The notes: generated by a model from the sequence alone, not told the origin. Positions 8,186-18,215 are shown, numbered from the stretch's first letter. The stretch: DNA of 64,000 nucleotides from Ruminococcus flavefaciens (GCA_004554385.1 SFMO01000143.1:7051-71050), one strand, 5' to 3'. A program made the numbers and translations.

Positions 8186-10003
8186 ATGTCACTGACAAAA
8201 AATCCCAACGTATTAAAGTGGGTTGACGAGATGGTTGCTCTCTGCCAGCCTGATAAGGTAGTTTGGATCGACGGCTCAAAGGAGCAGCTCGACGCTCTCA
8301 CCGAGGAAGTTACTTCACTCCCCGATGACAGCTGGGACAAAATGTACAAGCTCAATCAGGAAAAGTATCCTAACTGTCTCTACCACAGAACCCGCGCTAA
8401 CGACGTTGCTCGTGTTGAGGACAGAACTTTCATCTGCTCCAAGGAAAAGAAGGGTGCAGGTCCTACAAACAACTGGATGGCTCCTGATGAGATGAAGGCA
8501 CTTCTCACTCCTATGTACAAGGGTGTTATGAAGGGCAGAACAATGTATGTTATCCCTTACTCAATGGGTCCTATCGGTTCTCCTCTCGCTAAGGTAGGTG
8601 TTGAGGTAACTGACTCTATCTACGTTGTTCTCAACATGAATATCATGACACGTATGGGTAAACAGGCATTCGAGAACCTCGGTGACACTTCCGATGATTT
8701 CGTAAGAGGTCTCCACTCAAAGGCTGACGTTGATCCTGAAAAGAGATACATCGTTCAGTTCCCTGAGGAAAATACTATCTGGTCTATCAACTCTGCTTAC
8801 GGCGGAAACGTTCTCCTCGGCAAGAAGTGCTTCGCACTCCGTATCGCTTCCTTCCAGGGTAAGAACGAGGCTTGGATGGCTGAGCATATGCTTATCCTCG
8901 GCGTTAAGAAGCCTAACGGCGAAGTTAAGTACATCACAGCTGCATTCCCGTCAGCTTGCGGTAAGACCAACCTGGCTATGCTTATCCCACCGGAGGGATA
9001 CAAGAAGGACGGCTATGAGGTATTCACAGTCGGCGACGATATCGCTTGGATGAAGCCCGGCAAGGACGGCAGACTCTACGCTATCAACCCTGAGAACGGC
9101 TTCTTCGGCGTTGCTCCCGGAACAAACGCTAAGTCAAACTACAACGCTCTTGCTTGTACAAAGAACGGCGCAATCTTCACAAACGTTGCTCTCGATAACT
9201 CTGACAATACTCCATGGTGGGAGAAGCTCACAGAGAATCCGCCTAAGGATGCTACAGAGTGGAAGGGCGAGAAGGTAGACGGCGAGGCTTATACAGCAGC
9301 AGGCAACAAGCTTGCTCATCCGAACTCAAGATTCACAGCTCCTGCTAAGAACTGCCCATGCATCTCTCCTGAGTTCAACAATCCTGAGGGCGTTCCTGTA
9401 TCTGCTATCATTTTCGGCGGAAGAAGAGCTACAACTGCTCCTCTCGTATATCAGTCATTCGACTGGACACACGGTACATATATCGGTTCAGCTGTTTCTT
9501 CTGAGACAACTGCTGCTGCTACAGGTGCTGTAGGTGTTCTCCGTCACGATCCTATGGCTATGAAGCCATTCATCGGCTACAACGTAGGTGACTACTGGGC
9601 ACACTGGCTCGAAATGGGCGCAAGACTCGGCAGCAAGGCTCCTAAGATCTTCAATGTTAACTGGTTCAGAACAGACGATGAGGGTAACTTCCTCTGGCCT
9701 GGTTTCGGCGACAACATGAGAGTTCTCGACTGGATCATCAAGAGAGTTGACGGCGAAGTTGACGCTGTTGAGACTCCTATCGGATACCTTCCAAAGCCTG
9801 AGGACATCAACCTCAAGGGTATCGAGGACGAAGTTCCTGCAACTGCTCTCCAGAAGCTCCTTACAGTTGATAAGGAAGAGTGGAAGAAGGAGATCGCTGA
9901 GATGAGAAGATACTATGACGAGGACATCAAGGCTAAGGGCGGTAACATCCCACAGGCACTTTACGATGAGCTCGACATGATCGAAGCAAATCTCAACAAG
10001 TAA
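8186..10003 (+). CDS. pckG: Phosphoenolpyruvate carboxykinase (GTP)
   Basis: YGGN.LLGKKCFALR, AFPSACGKTNLAM, VGDDIAW, NPENGFFGVAPGT, HPNSRF; strongly biased codon usage. Confidence 0.97.
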   Translation: MSLTKNPNVLKWVDEMVALCQPDKVVWIDGSKEQLDALTEEVTSLPDDSWDKMYKLNQEKYPNCLYHRTRANDVARVEDRTFICSKEKKGAGPTNNWMAPDEMKALLTPMYKGVMKGRTMYVIPYSMGPIGSPLAKVGVEVTDSIYVVLNMNIMTRMGKQAFENLGDTSDDFVRGLHSKADVDPEKRYIVQFPEENTIWSINSAYGGNVLLGKKCFALRIASFQGKNEAWMAEHMLILGVKKPNGEVKYITAAFPSACGKTNLAMLIPPEGYKKDGYEVFTVGDDIAWMKPGKDGRLYAINPENGFFGVAPGTNAKSNYNALACTKNGAIFTNVALDNSDNTPWWEKLTENPPKDATEWKGEKVDGEAYTAAGNKLAHPNSRFTAPAKNCPCISPEFNNPEGVPVSAIIFGGRRATTAPLVYQSFDWTHGTYIGSAVSSETTAAATGAVGVLRHDPMAMKPFIGYNVGDYWAHWLEMGARLGSKAPKIFNVNWFRTDDEGNFLWPGFGDNMRVLDWIIKRVDGEVDAVETPIGYLPKPEDINLKGIEDEVPATALQKLLTVDKEEWKKEIAEMRRYYDEDIKAKGGNIPQALYDELDMIEANLNK

Positions 10004-10014
10004 TTGATAATATT

Positions 10015-10040
10015 AAAGCTCCCCGAAAGGGGAGCTTTTT
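10015..10040. terminator. Bidirectional intrinsic terminator
   Basis: aaagctcccc-gaaa-ggggagcttttt between convergent genes. Confidence 0.9.
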
Positions 10041-10050
10041 ATGTACAGCC

Positions 10051-10257
10051 TTATTCATTTACGTGCTCAAACAGATCGCCCGGCTGACATTCGAGAGCCT
10101 CGCATATGGCGTTCATGGTCTCAAAGCGTATGCCCTTCATTTTGCCTGTTTTGAGATTTGAGAGATTGACGTTTGTCATGCCGACTTTTTCGGCAAGTTC
10201 GTTCAGGGACATCTTGCGGTCAGCCATTATTCTGTCAAGTCTAATTATTATTGCCAT
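10051..10257 (-). CDS. Cro/CI-type (XRE, YozG-like) HTH regulator
   Basis: MSLNELAEKVG.T.VNLS.LKTGK...LECQPGDLF. Confidence 0.92.
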   Translation of the reverse strand: MAIIIRLDRIMADRKMSLNELAEKVGMTNVNLSNLKTGKMKGIRFETMNAICEALECQPGDLFEHVNE

Positions 10258-10268
10258 GCCGCACCGCC

Positions 10269-10730
10269 TTATGCAATCGAGTCGTTGTCTTCCTGAAGAC
10301 TGAGACCGTATACGAAAACCTCGGATAATATGCCGATTATTACACCAATACCGATTATAAGTATATTCTGCATATCAAAAGATATGGTCACTGCGAATTG
10401 GCTGTCATCTTCAGGTATAGTCGCACAGGACGGTATAAGGCCGCCTGCCAAGAGGATAACTGCCATAATGCGGAGCTTTGCTATGATCTTCTTTGAAAAG
10501 GGCTTGCCTGTTTTGCGGATTTCAAGCAGTATAAGTGCAAGAAGTCCCAGCTCTGCGAATATTACAAGGGAGCAGAGACTGTTGGACAGGTACTCCTTCA
10601 TATTTGTGTGATCCGCATAGCCTATAAACTGCCATACAGACAAAACAAGCGCAGCGAGGCAGAATAAACAGCTTAGAATGGTGTCGATAAATGTACGTTT
10701 CTTGAGTTTTTCAGATATCATTTTGTTCAT
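10269..10730 (-). CDS. DUF2975-type membrane protein
   Basis: PFS..(N)..LR motif and C-terminal 'VFVYGLSLQEDNDSIA'; typical pairing with a YozG-like HTH gene. Confidence 0.85.
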   Translation of the reverse strand: MNKMISEKLKKRTFIDTILSCLFCLAALVLSVWQFIGYADHTNMKEYLSNSLCSLVIFAELGLLALILLEIRKTGKPFSKKIIAKLRIMAVILLAGGLIPSCATIPEDDSQFAVTISFDMQNILIIGIGVIIGILSEVFVYGLSLQEDNDSIA

Positions 10731-10922
10731 AACAGCATCTCCTTTTAAAGCGTTACTTTAAGTTTTTAAAGTTTTATCAGCTGATGACTGTATTATAGCA
10801 CGTAAATTAAAGCGTGTCAATAAGTATTTAAAGTAATGCTTTAAATATCGTCGAAATAGACAAGATGAACGCTCACTGAAAATATTCACATGTGCAAGAT
10901 GGCTGAACTTCCGCATCAAAAT

Positions 10923-11043
10923 AAAAAAAGCTCCCCTTATGGGGAGCTTTTTGACATTTCAAAGCGGTTGCTGTGAAATGAAAACAGAGCTTTGATAACT
11001 TGATATGCGATCATTTATGCTGAACGCATAAAATAATTAATCT
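10923..11043 (-). ncRNA. Candidate small RNA (about 120 nt)
   Basis: Minus-strand TTGTAA-17-(TG)TATAAT promoter at 11078-11050 and a terminator at 10923-10952; no RBS-led ORF between them. Confidence 0.45.
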
Positions 11044-11392
11044 ATTTATATTATATCACAATTTTAGGTTATTTACAATAGCAGTATTGCACAAAAAAAT
11101 GTGATTTTCTTAGTGTAATATCGATAAACAAAAATACTCTCTGTTATATAGGCCTCTGAACCTGTATCAAAGTCGGAAAATATGTGTAACAGTTCTTCTT
11201 TCTGATACGATTATGATATATGTGAGGAGACGCATAGGTTGAAAAATTCAAAAAAACCTACAAAATCGCATGAAATGGCTTGCATTTTCTTTCGTAAACT
11301 GCTATTATAATAAATGTGTCTGCAATAACCTTCGTAACGCAGTTGTTGCCGGAAAGACATTAATAATGCGTTGCTATGAAAGGATATTTAAA

Positions 11393-11884
11393 ATGGAGAA
11401 ATTTATCAAGTGGTGCGTTTCGATTCTCCCGAAGCCGCTGCAGAAGATATATTATAAATATGAAGAAAAGTGGCTGTACCTCATTTTCGGGGGACTTACC
11501 ACAGTTGTGTCTATCATTACCAAGCTGCTGCTTTTCAAGCTTGTTCCGGGTGAGCCGAAATGGGAGAGCACTGCGGGCGTTGTATTCTCATGGATATGCG
11601 CGGTGACATTTGCATTCTTTACCAATAAGAAGTACGTTTTCAAGAACGAGACCAGTAATGCCAGAGAGTTCTGGAAGGTGTTTGCTTCCTTCTACGGTGC
11701 AAGACTTGCTACTCTTGGCATGGAGGAGGCTATATTCCTCATATTCTGCGACTGGCTCGGTGTGAGCAAGACTATTATAACCTTCCTCAGCCAGGTGCTG
11801 ATCTTTGTAGCCAACTATATCCTGAGCAAGGTTTTCGTGTTCAAAAACAAGGATAAGGATACGATGGAGCAGCATAATGACTGA
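11393..11884 (+). CDS. GtrA family membrane protein
   Basis: YLIFGGLTT, FAFFTNKKYVF, NYILSKVFVF. Confidence 0.92.
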   Translation: MEKFIKWCVSILPKPLQKIYYKYEEKWLYLIFGGLTTVVSIITKLLLFKLVPGEPKWESTAGVVFSWICAVTFAFFTNKKYVFKNETSNAREFWKVFASFYGARLATLGMEEAIFLIFCDWLGVSKTIITFLSQVLIFVANYILSKVFVFKNKDKDTMEQHND

Positions 11885-12878
11885 TACATTATTAATAGGT
11901 AACAAAGCTGTTCCGAGGACAGCGGCTCTCGCGCCTATGGCAGGTGTTGCTGACAGGGCATACAGGCTCATGTGCAAGAAGTATGGTGCGGCTTACGTTG
12001 TCAGCGAAATGGTCTCAGCAAAGGGCATATGCTACAGCGACCGCAAGACAGCTGAGCTGTGCACGGTCACTGACGAGGAAAGACCGATGGCAGTTCAGCT
12101 TTTCGGCAGCGAGCCAGACTTCATGGCGGAGGCTGTGAAGATAGTTCTGGAATACCGTTCCGATGTGATAGACATAAATATGGGCTGTCCTGTGCCGAAG
12201 GTCGTGGGTACCGGAGCAGGCTCGGCGCTGATGAAGGACGTGAAGCTTGCGGCAGATATTACTGAAGCTGCGGTAAAAGCGGCAGGTGAGACTCCTGTTA
12301 CCGTGAAGATACGAAGCGGCTGGAGCAGCGACAGCATAAACGCTCCCGAAATGGCGAAGGCTCTCGAAGCAGCCGGAGCGGCGGCTATTGCGGTACACGG
12401 ACGCACAAGAGATATGTTTTACAGCGGCGAGTCGGACAGTGGCGTTATCAGAGCTGTCAAGGAGGCAGTAAAAGTCCCTGTTATCGGAAACGGCGATATA
12501 ACAGATGCGGATTCCTGCGTGAAGATGTATGAGGAAACAGGCTGCGACCTTGTTATGATAGGACGGGGAAGCTACGGGAATCCCTTTATTTTCCGCGAGA
12601 TAGAAGCAAAACTCCGGGGAGAGGAATATCAGCCCCCTGCTCTTGAGGAGAAAATGGACGTTATGCTGGAGCACATCAGACTTATACTTGAGATCAGCGA
12701 AAAATGCGAGGAGCTTGCCATGCATGAAGCGAGAAAACACGCTGCATGGTACATGAACGGCTATTACGGTTCCGCAAAATTCCGCGGACGCTGCTATCAG
12801 CTTTCGTCTTACGCAGAAGCGGAGGCTCTTGCGGAAGAGTTCATCGAGCTTCAGAGAAGCCGTCAGAATAGCATCTGA
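11877..12878 (+). CDS. dusB: tRNA-dihydrouridine synthase B
   Basis: LAPMAGV, QLFGS, DINMGCP, VHGRT, GNGDI, MIGRG. Confidence 0.95.
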   Translation: MTDTLLIGNKAVPRTAALAPMAGVADRAYRLMCKKYGAAYVVSEMVSAKGICYSDRKTAELCTVTDEERPMAVQLFGSEPDFMAEAVKIVLEYRSDVIDINMGCPVPKVVGTGAGSALMKDVKLAADITEAAVKAAGETPVTVKIRSGWSSDSINAPEMAKALEAAGAAAIAVHGRTRDMFYSGESDSGVIRAVKEAVKVPVIGNGDITDADSCVKMYEETGCDLVMIGRGSYGNPFIFREIEAKLRGEEYQPPALEEKMDVMLEHIRLILEISEKCEELAMHEARKHAAWYMNGYYGSAKFRGRCYQLSSYAEAEALAEEFIELQRSRQNSI

Positions 12879-13206
12879 GTACGGTTATACACTGGGGAAT
12901 CCAAGTCAGTGAAATTTGTATACATAGTGGACAAAAAAGCTGTTCTCTGTCAGAGTGCACAATTTTTATTCTAAAACTTCGTATGAATGAACAAATATGA
13001 GCCAATAATAAAGGCGGAGGACAGAATTTGCCGTAAATACGTTGTTTGAGGCTGAAATCTAATCATTTTGTGCTTAAAACGCGTTGTAAATTCATTTAAG
13101 TTTGATACAATTTGTAATTGCCAAACTGAAAATAATGTGATATAATAAAAATGCAAGAGGTGTATTATTTTCGGATTCTATGCCCCTTCGGAAAAAGGAG
13201 ACCTTT

Positions 13207-14469
13207 ATGAAACTTAGAAAAGGACGTGCTGCCGGTGCGGCTGCCGTTTTTGTTGCAGCTATTGCTTTATGCACGGTGGGCTGTAATGTTGTCGGCAGGA
13301 TCAATAACGAGAACGCACAGCAGGACAGCACCGGAACTGCCGTAGTTGATGAGGTTGAAACTACCGAAGAACCTACGGAAAGCAAGCCTGACAAGGTGGT
13401 CCATGTTGTGGCTGCAGGCGATAATCTCATTCACTATTCGGTATACAAGAATGCCGAAGCACTTGCAGGCGGTGTGGGCTATGACTTCAAGCCGATGTAT
13501 TCCGAGGTAAAGTACCTGGTCCAGGATGCAGACCTTGCTATACTCAATCAGGAAACAGTCATATCCAAAAGCAATCCGGTCCGCGGCGCTGAAGGCGGTC
13601 TGCTTCTCTTCAATTCGCCTCCCGAGGTGGCTGACGCTGTCATAGATCTGGGATTCAATGTGTTCACCATGGCTAACAACCATCTTCTCGATATGGGAAC
13701 GGACGGCCTTGAAGAGTCGATAAACTTCTGGAACGAGAAAGCAAAGGAGAACGATCTTACTGTTCTCGGCGCTTATCTGAACGAAGAAGACGCAAACAAT
13801 ATCCGCATCCGCGAGGTGAACGGTGTCAAGGTAGCGTTCCTGGCGTATGCACACCATATAAACGGCTTTGACTCACTGCTGGATGATGTTCCGCTCAGAG
13901 TTGTCAAGAATGAAGAGGAGGATGTCATCGAGAGACAGATAAAGGAAGCCGATGAAATGGCAGACGTTGTAATAGTTTCTGCTCACTGGGGCGAGGACGA
14001 TACAACAGTCGTTACCGAGGACAGAATAGAGCTCGCAAATAAGATGGTCGACTGGGGCGCTGATGTGATCCTAGGCTGCCATACACATACTGCGGAGACT
14101 ATGGAATGGATCGAGCGTGACGACGGAACAAAGGGCTTCGTTTATTACTCGATGGGCAACTTTATCTGCGCTCAGACAGACAACTTCAATGTTGTCGGAG
14201 AGATGCCTGATTTTGATATCGTCATCGACGGCGAGACAAATGAGCTCCGCCTGGAAAATGTCGGCTGCATACCGACTATCATCCATTATGAGGAAGATTT
14301 TTCAAATATGAAGATCTACCCTTACAGCAAGTATTCACCCGAGCTCGCAGAGAGACACGGGCTTCCATATGCAGTGCCTCAGGGCACTTATACAGAGTTC
14401 GGCTGGGACGTTATAAATCGCATAATAGACGAGCAGATCCCGGAGGAATTCAGGAAACTCGACAAATAA
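13207..14469 (+). CDS. CapA/PGA_cap family metallophosphatase-like lipoprotein
   Basis: AAGDNLIH, ILNQET, MANNHLLD, SAHWG, GCHTH, YYSMGNF; lipobox TVGC; promoter TTGCCA-17-TATAAT at 13118-13146. Confidence 0.9.
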   Translation: MKLRKGRAAGAAAVFVAAIALCTVGCNVVGRINNENAQQDSTGTAVVDEVETTEEPTESKPDKVVHVVAAGDNLIHYSVYKNAEALAGGVGYDFKPMYSEVKYLVQDADLAILNQETVISKSNPVRGAEGGLLLFNSPPEVADAVIDLGFNVFTMANNHLLDMGTDGLEESINFWNEKAKENDLTVLGAYLNEEDANNIRIREVNGVKVAFLAYAHHINGFDSLLDDVPLRVVKNEEEDVIERQIKEADEMADVVIVSAHWGEDDTTVVTEDRIELANKMVDWGADVILGCHTHTAETMEWIERDDGTKGFVYYSMGNFICAQTDNFNVVGEMPDFDIVIDGETNELRLENVGCIPTIIHYEEDFSNMKIYPYSKYSPELAERHGLPYAVPQGTYTEFGWDVINRIIDEQIPEEFRKLDK

Positions 14470-14597
14470 TTTGATAAATTCATTTTTGGTTCAAATATCC
14501 TGTTTGACAGGGCTTTTTCGAGATTTTTATCATTGTGCAAACCGTGCAAAAAACACTTTTCCTGTTTATGTAAAATACCAAAACTGGTATGAACCTA

Positions 14598-14626
14598 TTT
14601 ACTTTTTTTTAGATCTGATATATAAT
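14598..14626 (+). promoter_or_regulatory. Putative promoter of the scaCAB operon
   Basis: TTTACT-17-TATAAT in an AT-rich region about 375 nt upstream of scaC. Confidence 0.55.
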
Positions 14627-14649
14627 GAAATCATGAATAAATATAGATT

Positions 14650-14925
14650 TGGGATTTAGTATCCCATCACGGCAGTGTGATGCGTCTTGTGACAAAACCA
14701 CTGCGTGCAGAGCAACAAGCTTTTAGTCACAGGCTGACGGCAGAGGGGAGCTTCTGAGAGGCGTGTACATACGTCGTTCGGAACTTGTTCCGCGAGTCCG
14801 CAGCTCGGACAGCTTAAGCCTCGTCTGTATGACTGACAGCGGCTCAAAGCCACCGCTTTGCACGACTTTCATTCGTATATCGGTGATAACGGTTTTGCAG
14901 GGAGGGCGGAACGGTGTATCCGCTG
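14650..14925 (+). ncRNA. Highly structured 5' leader or cis-regulatory RNA upstream of scaC
   Basis: Nested helices 14693-14699/14891-14897, 14704-14713/14855-14864, 14725-14734/14823-14834 and 14758-14762/14818-14822, plus several local hairpins. Confidence 0.5.
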
Positions 14926-15001
14926 CATTAAGACAAGATATAATTAAAGGGGCGACCGGTTCCTTTGTTATATAACATTATTGAAGAAGGAGGAAAAAAT
15001 A

Positions 15002-15886
15002 ATGAAGACAAAAAAGGTAGTCGTCGGAGCTTTAGCTGCGATGCTTTCACTTTCAGTCTGCTCACTCGCACCTGCGGTAGCTGCCGGCGAAACAGTGCAG
15101 GTATCCGTTGGCAAAACAAACGCAGAGGCAGGTGCAGCATTCTCGGTGGATGTATCTTTAGCTGATATCCCATCTTCCGGCATCCAGTGCCTGGATTTTG
15201 CTGTTACTTATGACAGCAAGGTACTTACAATCGAATCCGTAGAGGCAGGTTCACTCGTTAAAAACGGTGCTGACTCAAAGGACCTTTCAGCTTCTCTCGC
15301 ACCTCTTTTTGAGGGTTCTGTAAACAGTTCAGAGGGCTGGGTAAGTGCGGCATGGTCAACTTCTACTGATGATGCTTCATACTGGCTTAAAGAAGACGGC
15401 GTTTTCTGCACCATTAAGGGTAAAGTAGCAAGCGGCGTTGCAAACGGCACAGTTGCTGATCTTAAGATCGTTCCTATTGATCGTGAGACATATTCAAAGT
15501 CTGGCGTTGCAAATAAGGAAATCAGCTGCGGCTATGAAAAGGACAAGAAGCCTGTTAAGTATGAAGTCAAGCTGACAAACGGCAGCGTTACAGTAGGTTC
15601 GCCGGTAACAACTACTACACAGCCACCTACAACAACACAGCCACCAACTGACAAGATCGTACGCGGCGATGCTAACTGCGATGGCGGAGTTGATATGTCT
15701 GACGTTGTTCTCATCATGCAGAGTCTTGCTAACCCGAACAAGTATGGTCTTGACGGATCTGATTCCAAGCACATTACTGTACAGGGACAGGCAAACGGCG
15801 ATGTAGATCAGGATGTAAAGGGTATTACATCAAATGATGCCCTCAAGATCCAGAAGTGGCTGCTCAAGAGCATTTCTGAGCTCTGA
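15002..15886 (+). CDS. scaC: Adaptor scaffoldin ScaC (signal peptide, cohesin, Thr/Pro linker, dockerin)
   Basis: One cohesin (VSVG...DFAVTYD...NGSVTVG) and a dockerin (GDANCDGGVDMSDVVLI...GDVD...ITSNDALKIQ); first gene of the sca cluster. Confidence 0.92.
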   Translation: MKTKKVVVGALAAMLSLSVCSLAPAVAAGETVQVSVGKTNAEAGAAFSVDVSLADIPSSGIQCLDFAVTYDSKVLTIESVEAGSLVKNGADSKDLSASLAPLFEGSVNSSEGWVSAAWSTSTDDASYWLKEDGVFCTIKGKVASGVANGTVADLKIVPIDRETYSKSGVANKEISCGYEKDKKPVKYEVKLTNGSVTVGSPVTTTTQPPTTTQPPTDKIVRGDANCDGGVDMSDVVLIMQSLANPNKYGLDGSDSKHITVQGQANGDVDQDVKGITSNDALKIQKWLLKSISEL

Positions 15887-15983
15887 TCCGAGATTATCTG
15901 ATTTGTCCCCCTTACAAAGGAATACAAACCCAATTTATGTTTTATTAATAGGCTTAAAAACCTAAAGAAAGGAATTATTACAA

Positions 15984-18215
15984 ATGAAAAAGTTAATTTC
16001 TGCAGTCACATCACTGTGTATGGCTGCATCAATGGTAAGTGCAGTAGTTCCTGCAACTGTAGGCGCTGCTGATTCTACCAAGGGATTTTCTATTAAAACA
16101 TACAATATCGATACCCCTTCAGCTGATAACGGTAAGTCAACTATAACAATCGACAAGAAGGATATTCCTGCCGGCGGTTATACAATTCCTTCAGCTGTAT
16201 ACTACTCAGAGGCTACTGATAACTCAACAGGTTCACTCCTCGCAAGTATCACAACAGACTCTAAGGACATCAAGTTCAAGCTCTATGATCCTGATAAGGA
16301 TGCATATTCAGCTGGCGAGAAGTCATACACACTCAAGGGCGTAGACTTTACATCAGACCACTACATCTCTTTTGCTGGTAAGGCTTCAAAGAGAGAGGGC
16401 TACATGGCTGGCGGTCTCTATCAGATGGCTTGTGAGTCTTCACAGACAGCTGCTAAGACTGACAACTACTTCATCGGCTGCTCATGGATGAACAACGGTG
16501 AGGATTATGCTTGGGCTGGCGAGAAGTCAGATTCATATCCTTTCTATGTATTCGACACAATCATCCCTCAGGATATTGCTGCTGGTACATACAAGGTTAT
16601 GTTCTGTGACTACAACACAGATGCTACAGGCAAGAACGACAATCCTTGCCCGATGGTTGAGAGCCAGGGTACAAGATTTACCAAGAAGGAAGGCAACCTC
16701 AAGCTTGAGGAGCTCACAATCAAGGTAACAGATGGCGGTACATCTGAAGAGACTACAACAACTGCTCCTAAGGTTACAACCACAACAACTGCTCCAAAGC
16801 AGAACGAGACAACAACAACTTCTGTTAAGCCAGTAAGCAATGCTGATATCAAGTTCGACTTTGTTGAGTATGAGTCACAGAAGGCTACAATCGAGGCTAA
16901 GCCCGGCGCTTCAATCGATGTTGATGTAAACATCACAGCAGGCGGTAAGGATGTATCTGCTCTTGACGTTCAGTTCAAGGGTACAGGCGGAATCGTTCTC
17001 GAGGATGTTCTCGGTTCAGCAGCTGCATTCCCAGGTGCTAAGGTTTCCAAGAACGTTGCAGAGAGCCGCGCTAACTACGCTACACTCAAGGGCGACACAC
17101 CTATGGTTCCTGTAGACGGCAAGTCAGCATTCGGTCTTACAATCAAGATCCCAGATAATATCGCTGACGGTACTTACACATTCGGCTTCGACAGCCAGTG
17201 CAAGATCTTCAAGGATAACACAAAGTTCAACTACACAACCGACTTTACTCCTCTTACAATCAAGATCGGTAACGGCGGTTCAGATGTTACAACAACTACA
17301 ACTACAACTGCTCCAAAGCAGAACGAGACAACAACAACTTCTGTTAAGCCAGTAGGCGATGCTGATATCAAGTTCGACTTTGTTGAGTATGAGTCACAGA
17401 AGGCTACAATCAACGCTAAGGCTGGCGCTTCTGTCGATGTTGACGTAAACATCACAGCAGGCGGTAAGGATGTATCTGCTCTTGACGTTCAGTTCAAGGG
17501 TACAGGCGGAATCGTTCTCGAGGATGTTCTCGGTTCAGCAGCTGCATTCCCAGGTGCTAAGGTTTCCAAGAACGTTGCTGAGAGCCGCGCTAACTACGCT
17601 ACACTCAAGGGCGACACACCTATGGTTCCTGTAGATGGTAAGTCTGCATTCGGTCTTACAATCAAGATCCCAACTGATATCGCTGACGGTACTTACACAT
17701 TCGGCTTCGACAGCCAGTGCAAGGTATTCAAGGACAATACAAAGTTCAACTACACAACCGACTTTACTCCTCTTACAATCGTAATTGGTAACGGCGGTAC
17801 AGATGTTACAACAACTACAACTACAACTGCTACAACAACTAAGCCTGTAGTAACATCAACAACAACAACAACTCCTATTCAGAATCCTACAACAACAACT
17901 GTTCCTTCTGGTAAGACAATCAAGGTTACTATGTGGGGCGATGCTAACTGCGACGGTAAGGTTAACGTTGCTGACGTAGTTGCAGTAAGAAACATGGTTG
18001 CTGACATGGATGCATTCCTTGCAGACGCTGGTTTCGCATTCGACAAGGCTCAGGGCAGAGTAAACGCTGACGTTGTTGATCCTCAGGATATCACAGGCGC
18101 AGCTTGCGATCCTGCTAAGGTTAAGATGACCGGTGCAGACGCAGATCATATCATTTCTTACATCATTTCTGGTAGCTATGATATGGCTAAGGCTGTAACA
18201 CCTAAGAATTCCTAA
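15984..18215 (+). CDS. scaA: Primary scaffoldin ScaA (signal peptide, N-terminal X module, 2 cohesins, dockerin)
   Basis: Two near-identical cohesins, Thr-rich linkers and a C-terminal WGDANCDGKVNVADVV dockerin; position in the cluster. Confidence 0.92.
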   Translation: MKKLISAVTSLCMAASMVSAVVPATVGAADSTKGFSIKTYNIDTPSADNGKSTITIDKKDIPAGGYTIPSAVYYSEATDNSTGSLLASITTDSKDIKFKLYDPDKDAYSAGEKSYTLKGVDFTSDHYISFAGKASKREGYMAGGLYQMACESSQTAAKTDNYFIGCSWMNNGEDYAWAGEKSDSYPFYVFDTIIPQDIAAGTYKVMFCDYNTDATGKNDNPCPMVESQGTRFTKKEGNLKLEELTIKVTDGGTSEETTTTAPKVTTTTTAPKQNETTTTSVKPVSNADIKFDFVEYESQKATIEAKPGASIDVDVNITAGGKDVSALDVQFKGTGGIVLEDVLGSAAAFPGAKVSKNVAESRANYATLKGDTPMVPVDGKSAFGLTIKIPDNIADGTYTFGFDSQCKIFKDNTKFNYTTDFTPLTIKIGNGGSDVTTTTTTTAPKQNETTTTSVKPVGDADIKFDFVEYESQKATINAKAGASVDVDVNITAGGKDVSALDVQFKGTGGIVLEDVLGSAAAFPGAKVSKNVAESRANYATLKGDTPMVPVDGKSAFGLTIKIPTDIADGTYTFGFDSQCKVFKDNTKFNYTTDFTPLTIVIGNGGTDVTTTTTTTATTTKPVVTSTTTTTPIQNPTTTTVPSGKTIKVTMWGDANCDGKVNVADVVAVRNMVADMDAFLADAGFAFDKAQGRVNADVVDPQDITGAACDPAKVKMTGADADHIISYIISGSYDMAKAVTPKNS
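16785..17830 (+). repeat. 519-bp tandem duplication (linker plus cohesin) inside scaA
   Basis: gctccaaagcagaacgag starts at 16791 and 17310; the DNA is nearly identical along the whole unit. Confidence 0.95.

Noticed and set aside
14656..14975. Short ORFs in the scaC upstream region
   Set aside because: No convincing RBS or family motifs; the region is better explained as a structured leader.
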